From Epithemia pelagica (Eukaryota > Protista > Bacillariophyta), in the NCBI GenBank assembly GCA_946965045.2, contig OX337231.1:1798001-1862000 (forward strand): a DNA stretch of 64,000 nt. The letters are read 5' to 3'. The notes under the pieces are model-generated. The model was not told the origin of the DNA and made no database searches. It saw nothing but the letters and a program-made list of their open reading frames with translations. A program made the translations under genes and the position numbers. Numbering within the stretch: the stretch's first letter is position 1; each line of letters starts with the position of its first letter. Below are positions 12,290 through 23,654 of the stretch, piece after piece.

Positions 12290-13228
12290 CTAGTCATCTT
12301 CCACTTCGATCTGAAACACTTTCGCCTCACCATTTTCAATCTTCATCTGAACCAGATTCACCACTGCTCCAAACACCTTGTGATGCCCATCCAGATCTCC
12401 TCTGTATTTCTCCTTTAAGATATTGTAATGTTTCAGTAAATTGTTGACAGTTTCATGTCTCGCCCTGGCATCAGCCATCATCTTGTCTTGATAGTCATTT
12501 CTTCCAGTAGGTGTGACAAAGTAGCATCCAGAATCGTTGTAACCACCATCAGCAATCACTTTCTCATTCGGTAGTAGCTCTTGAACAAGCCAGTCTCTGG
12601 CAATCCGTAGGTCTGGCCAAGCGCCACAAGGGAATGCACCATTCCACCACACTATCCAGCCAGTTTTCAGGCAGATTCCCACCTCATACCTCACACCTGC
12701 TCCCTTAAACTTGTGCGAGTACCATTTTGGATCAAAAGGTGACGGCTCCAAAATCCTGAAGTCAGTACCATCCAAACTAATGAAACAGACCTGTCCAGGT
12801 ACACCACAATCAAACCTATTGTCCCATACAATCTGTTATAAGAACAACAGCAATGGTCAGATATGAGGAGGACGACTTCATGGCAAATTCATGTAGGGCC
12901 ATGTACTTACATAATTAAGACCACTATACAACAAATTTACAAACACTTTGACCCACTTCCTGTAGGTCTTCCTCGTTGTTTTGGCTATTGAGACCATAAC
13001 ATCCTCTGTAGCATAGACTTTCAGAAAAGCCAGTGTCCACAACAAATGACGAGGCGATGCACCTTTGGGCAATGAACTGTCCAGTTCATCCCACACATGA
13101 ACACAGAGCAAAGGAGACATTCCAAAGTAAGAACGAAAAGCACGTGAGAAATCAAGTGAGTGTGAGTGTCTTGCTCTACCAAGCATTGGCAGAGCCAAGT
13201 TGATGAATGTTCGTTGTGTCACCAACAT
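12290..13228 (-). CDS. Harbinger-type DDE transposase (DDE_Tnp_4-like), 2 exons
   Basis: SLDGTDF, WYSHKF, VIADGGY and RARHETVN supply D-D-E. The intron 12833-12910 (GTAAGT..ACAG) is in phase 0. No stops in the spliced product. Confidence 0.9.
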
Positions 13229-13566
13229 GGTGGGAGAAAACCGCTTTGGAAAATTTATGTTTGCTCAGTGTGTGTCGCGATGCTGACCACACCTTTACTC
13301 TGATCTCGGTCTGTCTGTGTGTAGTACTGTCAGTTCATTGGAACAGGTTTTTTGGAATTTCATCATGTTCATTTGATTGGCTGGTCAGTTGAGCAGCGAC
13401 ACTAAACTTTGTACTGTTCTACATATAGTGACCAATTCGAATTCGTGTCCGGTCATTGGAACCGGCCTGGAACGGTGCAGAAATCGATTCAAAAATCGTT
13501 TTCATTCAAAAACTGGAATTTCTGAATGGCCCTACCTCACCAACATCCTATTACTTTCTACATCTT

Positions 13567-13731
13567 AAGCGACCCACATATTGCCCTGATCTTGGGTTAA
13601 CTGTGGGTCGCTTGATTATATCATTTGAACCACGTTTTTTTAAAACCGACCCAGGACACCTTATAAGTGCCCAATTCACTTGGACGAACGACCCACGGTT
13701 GACCCAAGGTAAGGGCAATACGTGGGTTGCA
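13567..13731. repeat. Pair of inverted 45-bp units, each itself a hairpin, between the two transposon ORFs
   Basis: Unit 1 (13567-13613) has the 12-bp stem aagcgacccaca/tgtgggtcgctt. Unit 2 (13687-13731) is its reverse complement at 37/45 identity. Confidence 0.88.
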
Positions 13732-13923
13732 CTACTTTCAGAATTGGAGCCAAATTGGGCATGGCCTCCTCGATTGAAAAATGGAGTCCATGATGAAAAC
13801 CGACCCAGTCCGGATTTTGGTGAACTGTTTTTAGGGTCATAATTAGTTTTCGTGCGAACAGACCAGTCTGGTTTTGCACTCCCTCGCGCTTTTTTTTTAC
13901 GTACTAATAGTACCTATACTCCG

Positions 13924-14996
13924 ATGACCAGGTCTGCCCGCAACACTTTGGGCGAGGGTGCCCTACTTTCGTGGGATTCAAAGTCGAAAGATGCCGAATT
14001 CCTTGACAAAATCGTGTCAGAAGGCTTGATTCTGGAGAGCGCCACACCCAAATCTGTGTGGTTGGAACACGCTGTTTTCCAAAAGCACAAATTGGAATCA
14101 TTCAGGTCGGCACTCAACAAAGCCAAAAAAAAATACCAAGTCCACTTGAAGGATCAACATGAGAGAGAGACTGGTCATGAGTTGTTGGGTCGTGGTGAGA
14201 CGGCCCCATCTATGGATGGAAAGGTAAGGAACCCCAATGATGGAGATCTCAAACCAGCTCCTTCTTTGTTTGGGTCGTCCAAAGGACAAGGTAAGTGGCA
14301 GTGTACACTGTTTGTTTGATTGTTGAGTCACTGTCCTTACCTGTTGTGGTTTATTGTCTTTTATGACCAGGTGTTGCTGCCAAGGTCGCTCCTGAGTCTG
14401 TTGTCAGTGACGATGCTATGGTGAAGAAAAGGGCGGCAGGATCCATGCCATTACAGGAGACACTACAGGTACAACTACAACAAAAGAGGAAAAAGACGAA
14501 TGAAGAAGACAGTGGTAATGACATGATGAGGAATTGGGAGCCTCCTCATGTCTTGACACAGTGGGTCGACGACAAGAAACAGCGTCATTTGGTGATTTTG
14601 GTGGTGTTGCCTACAGGTATTGCACATGAAGACACAACAAATTGCTTGATTGAAGTGGATCCGAGCCAGCTACAGGTACATGTGAAGGTAATTTGGCCTG
14701 ACAACGCAACTCATATCCATTATCTAACCCAACACATGCACAGAGAGTGGCATGTCGAGGAGAAAAACCTACGAATGAAACTTGCTTTGGAAGACGCCAT
14801 GAATCAGATGCGAAAAAGAGAAACAGACTTTGTCAGGTCAAAGTTTTCTCTTTCTCTTCCTTTCATGGTCCAAAGCAGGTTCGACTACGAATTTATGTAC
14901 GACACAACAAACGGATTCAGAGCGTTGTTGATTTCCCTACATGAGCCGGACGCACAATTTGAAGGCGGCATGAAGCACAAGATGGTGCGTCTGTAA
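13924..14996 (+). CDS. Accessory (ORF2) protein of the Harbinger element, 2 exons
   Basis: Lies inside the TIRs, divergent from the transposase. The intron 14291-14370 (GTAAGT..CCAG) joins the two ORFs in phase 1. It has a helical basic N-terminus and a KRKK NLS-like patch. Confidence 0.82.
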
Positions 14997-17818
14997 ATTA
15001 ATGTAGTATGATTTGGGGCGGTTGCAAAAACCGGGTGGTGGTGGGCCTAAATCTTTCTATTAGTTCTCTATTTGTCCATGTTCTTAGTTTAGGCTATAGT
15101 ACATCGATTAAGCGTTCTGGTCGTGTTCCGCTTTGTAGTCAGACTTTGCCTGGAATGACAGCGAGCTGCTCAGGATTACCCCAGCTCCCAGTTCCGAAAG
15201 CGTATAAAGAGGGGGGGTGATTACAATGTTTCCCGTTTGTCTTTGTCGGGTCTCGAGGGCAGACAGACCACGTACTTTGTCCGCAAGATGGCTCCGTTGA
15301 AGATTTGGCTTCGGGGTTTGCTGGAGAGGGGGGATAGAAGACGATGATGAAGAACGACGAACTCTCCTACTCCTACGAAGTAATATGAAGTCTCAAAATC
15401 AACTCTTTTGTGAAGCCAGCGGTCGAGTGACGAGTGACTCCCTCTTCGATCGGGGAAATGTCGCTACAAGCTTCAAAAGTACAATCTAGGAGTACAAGTT
15501 CTCGTACGCCACCATTCAAATCCATTGAAAGCTTTGTTTGGCGTTTACGCCTTTTGCGAAAGTTCAAAGCAATAGACTAAACAATATGGATTTTACTTCT
15601 CCACATGATAGCTGGAACCATGAGATGAGCTACGAGTTTAAGCTTGACATTCTTTTTCATCTTCTCTCTCTCTGGTTCTCTACTGCGAAACTACCATACA
15701 ATTTGAACGACGGAGTACCAGGTACAGGCTCGCTGGTTCCTTTCGCCCAATTCTAAAATCGCAGCACCAGAGACCAGAGGTTCTCCTCGCGATCCAGAAG
15801 AACTTTCCCTTTTTTCATCTGATTCATCCTGGATTCTCGGAACTTTTGGCCAGCATTGGCACGAGATATTGCTATTGCAGATTGCATTCCGTTGTCCGTA
15901 TCTGGGACTTCGGTCATTATTTGATAATTCTGAGTCGCGTCCCTTTAGGCTTTCATTAGTGTGATTGGTAGAGTATATTGTACAATAGTATCGAGAATGG
16001 CTGGTGATGTTGACATGATGGGTTCAATAAAAATAATGAGAAGGACAGAAACACAAACTGTCATCTGAATCCCGATAAACCACACCCAGTTTTTTGGTCG
16101 CTTTCAGTCGCATAAGAACTGACCCCATCTGCATTACCACGCCAGTCAGCACCCCATGCTGCCGCTCAGGACACGTGTCAAGGCACTTGTATCAACTGCC
16201 GCTCCCAACTGTCAACCGTCACAGACAAACGTTTCGTTGGTTCGCACAATATTTTGCCCACACACCAAAATGCCCCAAAACAAACAACAAACCACAACGA
16301 CGGCAATGGCAATGGCAGATCGACGGAAGGCCTAGGAGCCAATACATAATGTGAGTACATCTGCGAGTTCCACAACAGATCCACTTCAATTTGCCTCTGT
16401 TCTTAGCCTGTCCAGTTCCCCTGTCAATTCCCTCGCTCATAGTCAGTCCAATCATCTACTCCTAATAAGATCATCGTTCTGCACTTCACCAACTGTAGTT
16501 TTGTCTGTGATTGTAGGTCTTTCCTCTAGACATCCACTTTGTTTTTCTTCCTGCTGATTTCAGTTTCATCATCATTGTGGGAGAAGAAAGATAGCAGAGT
16601 TACTCTTCTATTGTTCGACACTGAGAAATGAAACAGGCCAGATACGGCATGTTGAATTGAAGGCATTGCAGATTGTAGGGGCAATGGCTCAAAATCAAGA
16701 GGGCCATCGCATTCTTACATAGTAGTACATTCTAAAGTAGCGAATGGTGTTAACTATGATTGGAGCTGCAATGGACGTGCTTGATGGCCTCTATCCATCC
16801 AACGACGTCAATGGGTGAGACAAGTCCTACTAAACAGATAGATGAAGGATGACGATGGACGATTGAATTGCAAAAATAAACAACAACAGACTACTTCTAA
16901 GATGGAAGAATACTCTGCCCTACGCAACAGTCATACTCTTTCATTTCTGCTTGCCCTTTCCCCGGTCAGGCGATCCAAGATCATTGCGCACGAATGGTGG
17001 TTTGTGTTTTGACGAACAATTGGAAAATGAGAAAAGGGATCAGCCTCCCAGTCTGTGACTTCCGAGCTGGTCTTGCGCGAGGTGCGAGGTGCGAGGTGGC
17101 CAATTTTATGATAAATGATAGTGAGAAAAGCATGTTGTTTGTATAAATATCCAATGCTCCATGGATTACATAGGTTAGTCTAAAATGGCCGGGGGGCGTG
17201 CGTGATTGAAAGGTACCCGGAATTTCAAAAACAGATGGGATTAAAAAACTGGGTGTGTATAATCGGGAGTAATCAGACATCAGACATGAAGAATGCAGAT
17301 GTGTTCAATTGTTCGCTATGTCACGCGCCATCATGCTGCTATCACGTGTCACGTGTTATCTTGTCCCTCGCGGAGACAGCAGGTGAGAATTCGCACACTA
17401 AGGATTGGGTTATTGCCACGGAATATTTTTTGTTCTGCGAAAAGCAAAACAACACGAGCTTTGTTCTTGCGCGTTTGAAGGCTCTCCATTTTGTTCTTTT
17501 GACACACACGCTGTCAACGAGAAGCCAATGACTGCCCTGGACCATAATAAGGACAGTTTATCGACATTACTGCTGAAAGCGATCACTTCTCAATTGTGTT
17601 TTTGTTGGTAGGTGATTGCATCGTGGACCTGTAATGCACTTTTGTTGATAACATAATCGCAACTGTTGCTTGGTTCGCATCAGAACAAAGAAAGTCCGTG
17701 GGGGAATCTCACGCGTCCTTGGTTTTTGCTTTGCCCCCTTCAGTTTCGCAACATGGAATACCATCAATCTAGTCACAGCAATGATGAAATGCTGAGGTTA
17801 CGACGGAAAAGACGGAGG

Positions 17819-19747
17819 ATGACCATGAACCTCGTAACGATTGCAGCTGCGTTGTACAACCCCCTCTCGGCGGGAGTTGTTGGACTTCAAACAAAGACAG
17901 CAACGAGGACTCCTAGAAGAGTTCGTAGCCCGTTGTTTTTCCGCACAAGTAGCATGGACGGCACTGAATCGTTCTCATCCTCGGCAGTTTTGTCACCAAG
18001 TATTCTTCGAACAAGCCCTTTGCCTTCATCGAAAACAACTCGCTCACACATGCCAACGTGGCTTTCATCACCAAAGCATCATTTGGCAGAGCATAACCTC
18101 AGCAAGTTACAGTCCGGATTGCGTGACTCGTACTTCACGGAAAACGAAGCACTCAAACTACTATATGCGATTGAAGAAGCCGCTGGGAATGACGCGCAAA
18201 AAATTGCAGGCGCCGCTGAGTTTTGTTTGATGTTGGTTGAAACCATGGAGCTCGGCTTAGATGCCCTTGTCGCTGCTGCCTTTCACTACTGCAGTTGTGT
18301 CACTGCTCGAGAACAACAATCGACAGTGTTGGGTGAGCGTTTTCACATGGCGAGTTTTGGAAACCATGTTGTTCGAATCGCGAAGGATGCAGCACGTTTA
18401 AAGGAACTTGAAATCGTTGCGGCTAGAATTGTGCAACAGAAACAGCAACATGCGCAACAGGATGCGGAAAATCTGAGAATGCTCATGCTCTCTGAGAGCA
18501 AAGATTGGAGAGCGCTTGCTATCCGCTCCGCCGCCTGTCTTTATCGCCTTCGTGGAATACTAGAAAGTGATCATTGGACAAAATTGGATCCTGAAAAGGT
18601 CCGCGTGGCTCGTGAAGCTTTGTGGATTTATGCACCCATGGCGGGTAGCCTGGGAATGCACCGATTAAAGAATGAACTAGAAGGAGCCGCCTTCCAAATT
18701 CTTTACAGACGACAATACCAAAAAGTGACTTCCCTGAGAACAGATCTTGTTTCTCCCGGCGGTCCCACAATTCAAGAATCCATGAACAATGTTTTAAATC
18801 ATGTACAGGAAGAGATGACTCTAATGTTGCAAGAAGACGAGCAGTTCGCTGCTCATGTCGAAGACTTCACCGTGAGTGCAAGGGTGAAGGAACCGTACAG
18901 CATGTGGTGTAAGATGATGAGCCACGGATACAAGACGATTCGACAAGTTCCGGACGCTATCGCTTTACGGATTGTACTCAACGCAAAACCCGACGGGGAA
19001 GAAGAACCACTAGAAACGAGGCGTGCCCGTGAGCGTGCTCTTTGCTACTATGCCCAAAAACTTTGTATTGACAAATGGAATCCTCAACATGCCAACCCAC
19101 GCTTCAAGGACTACATTGCGAAACCAAAAGCAAATGGCTACCAAAGTCTTCACTACACCGCTCGAGCATCGCATGAAGACGATGACTGGAGTTTAGAAAT
19201 TCAAGTTCGATCTGGAGACATGCACAAGGTAGCCGAATTTGGACTCGCTTCCCACTGGGAATACAAATCGCAAAAGAAGTCGTCCTCGGTACCCAAAGGT
19301 ACATCGAGGAACGATTCGTCCGATGATTATCTTCGCAAAGTCAAGCAGTGGCATTGGGAACAGTCAATTGGAGCTCCAGAAAGCGAATCGAAAGACGGTA
19401 ACGACTCCAGCGTTTCAGTTGATCCATGGTTGGAGGCTGATAATTTGGATGATCTGTGGCAATCGCGGGTTCGATCGGATCGTATCCGAGCCAGGACACG
19501 ACTGCAGCCGTATATAGAAGCCTTGACTAGCACCCAGTCGGATCTGACTCGAGACTTTGTGTTTGTGTTCTTCGAACCACAAGGATCGGTCCTGTCTCTC
19601 CCAGCTGGAGCTTGTGTGGTAGATGCATTGCGCAAAGGTTGCAATGGCCCTGCATGGGAGCATTTCTCTGCAACCAACTTGAATGGACGACATACTACTG
19701 TCACAAAGCGGCTCTCAAATGGAGATGTCTTGACGTTGGCCAAATGA
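17819..19747 (+). CDS. RSH: RelA/SpoT homologue, (p)ppGpp synthetase with degenerate HD domain and C-terminal TGS-like domain
   Basis: ARVKEPYSMWCKM, DAIALRIV, KDYIAKPKANGYQSLH, EIQVRS..MH..AEFGLASHWEYK and the TGS-like LPAGACVVD...LSNGDVL. The HD site reads AAFHY. The start codon is uncertain because in-frame ATGs also occur upstream. Confidence 0.92.
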   Translation: MTMNLVTIAAALYNPLSAGVVGLQTKTATRTPRRVRSPLFFRTSSMDGTESFSSSAVLSPSILRTSPLPSSKTTRSHMPTWLSSPKHHLAEHNLSKLQSGLRDSYFTENEALKLLYAIEEAAGNDAQKIAGAAEFCLMLVETMELGLDALVAAAFHYCSCVTAREQQSTVLGERFHMASFGNHVVRIAKDAARLKELEIVAARIVQQKQQHAQQDAENLRMLMLSESKDWRALAIRSAACLYRLRGILESDHWTKLDPEKVRVAREALWIYAPMAGSLGMHRLKNELEGAAFQILYRRQYQKVTSLRTDLVSPGGPTIQESMNNVLNHVQEEMTLMLQEDEQFAAHVEDFTVSARVKEPYSMWCKMMSHGYKTIRQVPDAIALRIVLNAKPDGEEEPLETRRARERALCYYAQKLCIDKWNPQHANPRFKDYIAKPKANGYQSLHYTARASHEDDDWSLEIQVRSGDMHKVAEFGLASHWEYKSQKKSSSVPKGTSRNDSSDDYLRKVKQWHWEQSIGAPESESKDGNDSSVSVDPWLEADNLDDLWQSRVRSDRIRARTRLQPYIEALTSTQSDLTRDFVFVFFEPQGSVLSLPAGACVVDALRKGCNGPAWEHFSATNLNGRHTTVTKRLSNGDVLTLAK

Positions 19748-20143
19748 ACAAATGAATGAAATATATATGAATGAAGTATCGATGTATTACTATGAAACAT
19801 GAAACAACTACTGCGAATAAACAGACTTGAAGAATAATACTTATAAAATAGAAACCAAATTCTCATGGTAAACCACAAAAACCGAATCTAGGATTCGTCT
19901 ATTTTGCACTGATGTTGAGCAAAGTGTCTTCTCTCAACCTCAAACACAAGACAAAATATTTCAAGACATAGATGTGATAGTGGAAATTTCACCATTACTG
20001 TAGTCATAACAGTAGAAGATTTCGCATATCATACCGATTTTTAAGCTAGGAAATTTTGCAAAGAAGAAAAAATGTCCATTTGACGACGAAACTCGCGCCA
20101 TCATTTCGATGACAAGGCACTTGATACTCTACGCGTTGTAACA

Positions 20144-21661
20144 ATGAAGCGCTCCGGTAGATCGTCCTCACCAGAAAAGCGGCGAGTATCAATAGAAGAA
20201 GGCAACCCGAGAGAAAATGCCAGTTCTCCTCCACGAACACCAGCGCAGTCCCTTATGTACACAAGTCCACCTAACGGATACCATCACTATTCGCCCGGCC
20301 AGAATTCTGAGCAGGAGGATGACCATCATTTGATAACAGTGGGAGCGTCGAACACTTTTCTTTCGCGAAAGTCAAATGGGAATTTTTCCAGGCCGAAGAG
20401 GAAAGACAGGTCGTCGGCGAGGAAAATCAAACGAAAGGGTGGTTCAATGTGGAAACGTTTTTATCGATGGATCAAAGGCGTTGTACCCTCCTTCAGCTCG
20501 CTGATATTGGCCGTTGTTCTGTGGTATGGATTAGGCGTCTTGAGCATTGGAACATCGAAGTTACTGCTGATGGACAACGACAACACAAGAGGGAACCACC
20601 ATGGTAGACACCGCGATCCTCTCATTGGAGGGGTTCCACCTCTTTTTCTTAGCTTGCAGCAACTTATCATTGGAGCTGGGTTGCTTCGGTTTTTGCTTGA
20701 GATCCGCTGTCTAGGCTCTGTTGGGCCCGTTCCTTGGCCTTTACCACCGCCGAATGTTCTAGGACACGGACGGCAGATTCGGCAAGTCACGACATCTCTT
20801 TCATCAATATGCACAGACGTTTTTCCTCCCCTTCATCCCCAACTAGTCCTCGCAGGTATATTCTTTGCTGTTGGATTTTTGACGACCAATTTTGGGTTCT
20901 CAGGGTCATCTGCCTCTTTTGTTGAAACGATAAAGGCGGCAGAGCCCATCACAAGTGCTACAGTCGCTGTATGGTCTGGCATTGAAGTCTTGAGTCGGAA
21001 TGAAATCCTTGGCTTGGCTGCGGTCGTTCTCGGAGTTGTTCTGTCCACTGTCGGAAATGCTAGTAGCTCTGAAGCATCAGATACTGATGGCAATGAAAAT
21101 CATGTGTGGAAGTCCTTCCAGGCATGTGCAGTAGTCCTGGTTGCAAATCTTTGCTTTTCATTTCGTGGTTTGTACCAAAAGCTTTTCCGGGCTACCCCGG
21201 AAGGAAGCTCACAGGTGATTGACGATTTGAACTTGCAGTTCCGAATGCAGCAGACGGGTGTGGCCCTCCTTTTTGTCCCTGCGATTTTGTGGGATGGTCG
21301 CAGAATACTCGGTCATTTATGGACACTTCAAGTAGAGCACGGATTGTGGAGCAGTGGAGTTACGAGCCGATACATCGGCTTGGCTCTGTTGAACGGTTTT
21401 GCCTTTGCGTCGTACAATCTTGCTTCGACGTACATTTTGTCACGCATATCGGTTGTATACCATGCAGCACTTAATTCTGTGCGACGAGTGTTTGCCATCA
21501 TTATCACAAGTCTGTACTTTGTTGTTCCAATAACGTTTCTTGGTGGCGTTGGTATTTTGGTTAGTTTTGCTGGCTTTATGTACTTCGCGCACCATAAAGA
21601 TCAGCGTCACCGTCAACCAAAACCACTTTCTTCATTACTACCGGTGAGTTTGGTGAAATGA
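20144..21661 (+). CDS. Triose-phosphate/nucleotide-sugar transporter family (TPT/SLC35E-like)
   Basis: Multiple TM helices with SFVETIKAAEPITSA, ANLCFSFRGLYQK and HAALNSVRRVFAII. Confidence 0.88.
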   Translation: MKRSGRSSSPEKRRVSIEEGNPRENASSPPRTPAQSLMYTSPPNGYHHYSPGQNSEQEDDHHLITVGASNTFLSRKSNGNFSRPKRKDRSSARKIKRKGGSMWKRFYRWIKGVVPSFSSLILAVVLWYGLGVLSIGTSKLLLMDNDNTRGNHHGRHRDPLIGGVPPLFLSLQQLIIGAGLLRFLLEIRCLGSVGPVPWPLPPPNVLGHGRQIRQVTTSLSSICTDVFPPLHPQLVLAGIFFAVGFLTTNFGFSGSSASFVETIKAAEPITSATVAVWSGIEVLSRNEILGLAAVVLGVVLSTVGNASSSEASDTDGNENHVWKSFQACAVVLVANLCFSFRGLYQKLFRATPEGSSQVIDDLNLQFRMQQTGVALLFVPAILWDGRRILGHLWTLQVEHGLWSSGVTSRYIGLALLNGFAFASYNLASTYILSRISVVYHAALNSVRRVFAIIITSLYFVVPITFLGGVGILVSFAGFMYFAHHKDQRHRQPKPLSSLLPVSLVK

Positions 21662-21885
21662 ACTTGATACTGTTGAATTCCTGGTCAGACATACAACCGA
21701 AAGGAGCTTTATGACCAGACGAGGATCGGTCTGGTTGGGGAATGCCCAGATGCGGAAGATTGTCGAGAAAAACTCTGCTTAAATGCATAATTCATACCGA
21801 ATCCATGCAGGCCACGAAATGCAAGCAGTACTCCTGGTACATAGACGATGACAACTATCTCTATTATTCCAAACTACATCGTGTA

Positions 21886-23354
21886 CTACGCCATACGGAG
21901 TTGGTAGTCGCCGTTGGCAGTAATATACCGTACCCATGGTAATGCTTGGTATCCTGAACGTTCGATGATTTTTAGGTATCGAACTTGAATTCCCGAAACG
22001 GTAAAGTACGGAATTTCAAATTTGACTCGAATCGGCGCCTTCCAAGCATTTTCTCCCTTTTTGCGAGCATGATCGTCTACATCAGAGGCCGAGATACTCG
22101 GTAAACCGAAATGAGCCCGCATCAAGTACTCGCGCCCGCCATGGAATTGCTTGATGGTCCATACAACTGCATCTTGATCTGGCAAGTATGTCACTTGACC
22201 CACACTCGATTTGAACGAAGGTGAATCCACATCAGGGGGTACAGGAATGATAATTTCGACATTGTTTGCGACTGAGCGAGATTTGAACTGAGACCGTGTC
22301 TTGACCATGTATTCAATACGAGATCCCTTGTGTGGTTCTACCACAGCCTCAACCCAAATCAGCGGTTTGACATGTGTATTGAGACGGTATGTCATGAGAT
22401 CAAATTCTCCATCGGGAGGGATGAAAGAAATGGTTCGATCATTCTCAAAGCGGGCCAACCGCACGCACTGATGAAACTTGATATCCTCCAACTCCACTGC
22501 CTTTCCGCGCGCCTGATTTGTGCGTCCTGTGGCTTCAAACATGAGTTTGTCGTTCAAGCCAAGTTTGAGCTCAGGCATGCCACTGAGAAACGATTTCATT
22601 TGAACGGCACCGAGAATCTCGGAGTGGAGGACCGTTCCGTTCGCAGCAACAAGCAAGTTCAGTTTCTCAACGACATCGAGAAAGATTTCATTCTTTTTGT
22701 GCTTAATGCCTTCCGCACGCCAAGACACAGCATTTGTCAGGGCTACAGGCGGTTTGGAAGAGACATCGGTTGCGGCACGATTGGCACCTTGGGTGATAAA
22801 GGAGCGCAGAATAGTACTATCAAGAGCTTGTGGCAAACCGTGATCCATGGTCTCATCTAACAGCTCATAAATGATTACAAAATTGTCACGGATACTCTCT
22901 TCCTCTACAGTTCCAAAGTAATCCTTGAAAACTTGGGCCAAGCGGAACAGAAAAGTCATGATAAGCGCCACATTCGAGTTCCGTGTCGTCACTGCGCAGA
23001 GGTACAGGTTGGAGAGCTGTGAAGAGGTGAGTATCGACATTGTGGCATTCTGGTGCAAATGTATCGAAACAGTTCAGGAAGGAAGGAAAAATGACAAAAA
23101 TAACATACCGAAACATAAACAAACGATTCTCCTGTACTGCTGCTACCAGGATTTGCTTCCACACTGTCTTCAAAGAACAAGTCCCCTTCAGCATTGGTGT
23201 AGAATACAGGTTTTTGTTGTTCTTCCGGCGTATCATTCAAATACTTTCCAAACCGTTCAATGGACTTGCTAAGACTGGGTACATCACCACGGTAGTTTCG
23301 GCTGATGATGCTTTTCCCTTGCAGATCTGTGATGAACACTGCTGATAGTACCAT
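21886..23354 (-). CDS. AP1M: AP-1 adaptor complex mu subunit, 2 exons
   Basis: MVLSAVFITDLQGKSIISRNYRGD, EESIRDNFVIIYELLDE, NAVSWR, NEIFLDVVE and YQALPWVRYIT. Intron 23017-23108. Confidence 0.96.
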
Positions 23355-23654
23355 CTTTCTTTCTTGACGTTTTATACAGTCTTGATGCAGCAAAGCAACT
23401 CGAACAACAGCAAGTATCGCTCACACCGACTGCCGACGTCCTTCTATGTTGGCAATTGGCAAGATTCTGCGGCTCGTTGTTGGGCGGTTTGCGATGACCA
23501 CCGTGACCGACATTACTGACTACTCAACGAAAATGATCTTTTTGTCGGTAATGTCGGTAAAAAGTTTAGTACCTCTACCTGCCGTCAGCTCCTCTAGAGT
23601 AGTCTAGGTAGCGCCGCACTAGCCTTTCGTGTTGTAGGAGTAACATTTGTCACC

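Larger units (their letters stand above)
12108..15188. mobile_element. Full-length PIF/Harbinger-superfamily DNA transposon (3081 bp)
   Basis: 29-bp TIRs at 12108-12136 and 15160-15188 (28/29 match). CAG on both flanks (12105-12107 and 15189-15191). A 17-bp subterminal inverted repeat at 12249-12265 and 15029-15045. It encodes a DDE transposase and a second ORF. Confidence 0.93.

Noticed and set aside
17085-17099. Short GCGAGGT tandem repeat and Lys-codon runs at about 23880 and 34170
   Set aside because: These are ordinary microsatellite or low-complexity tracts.
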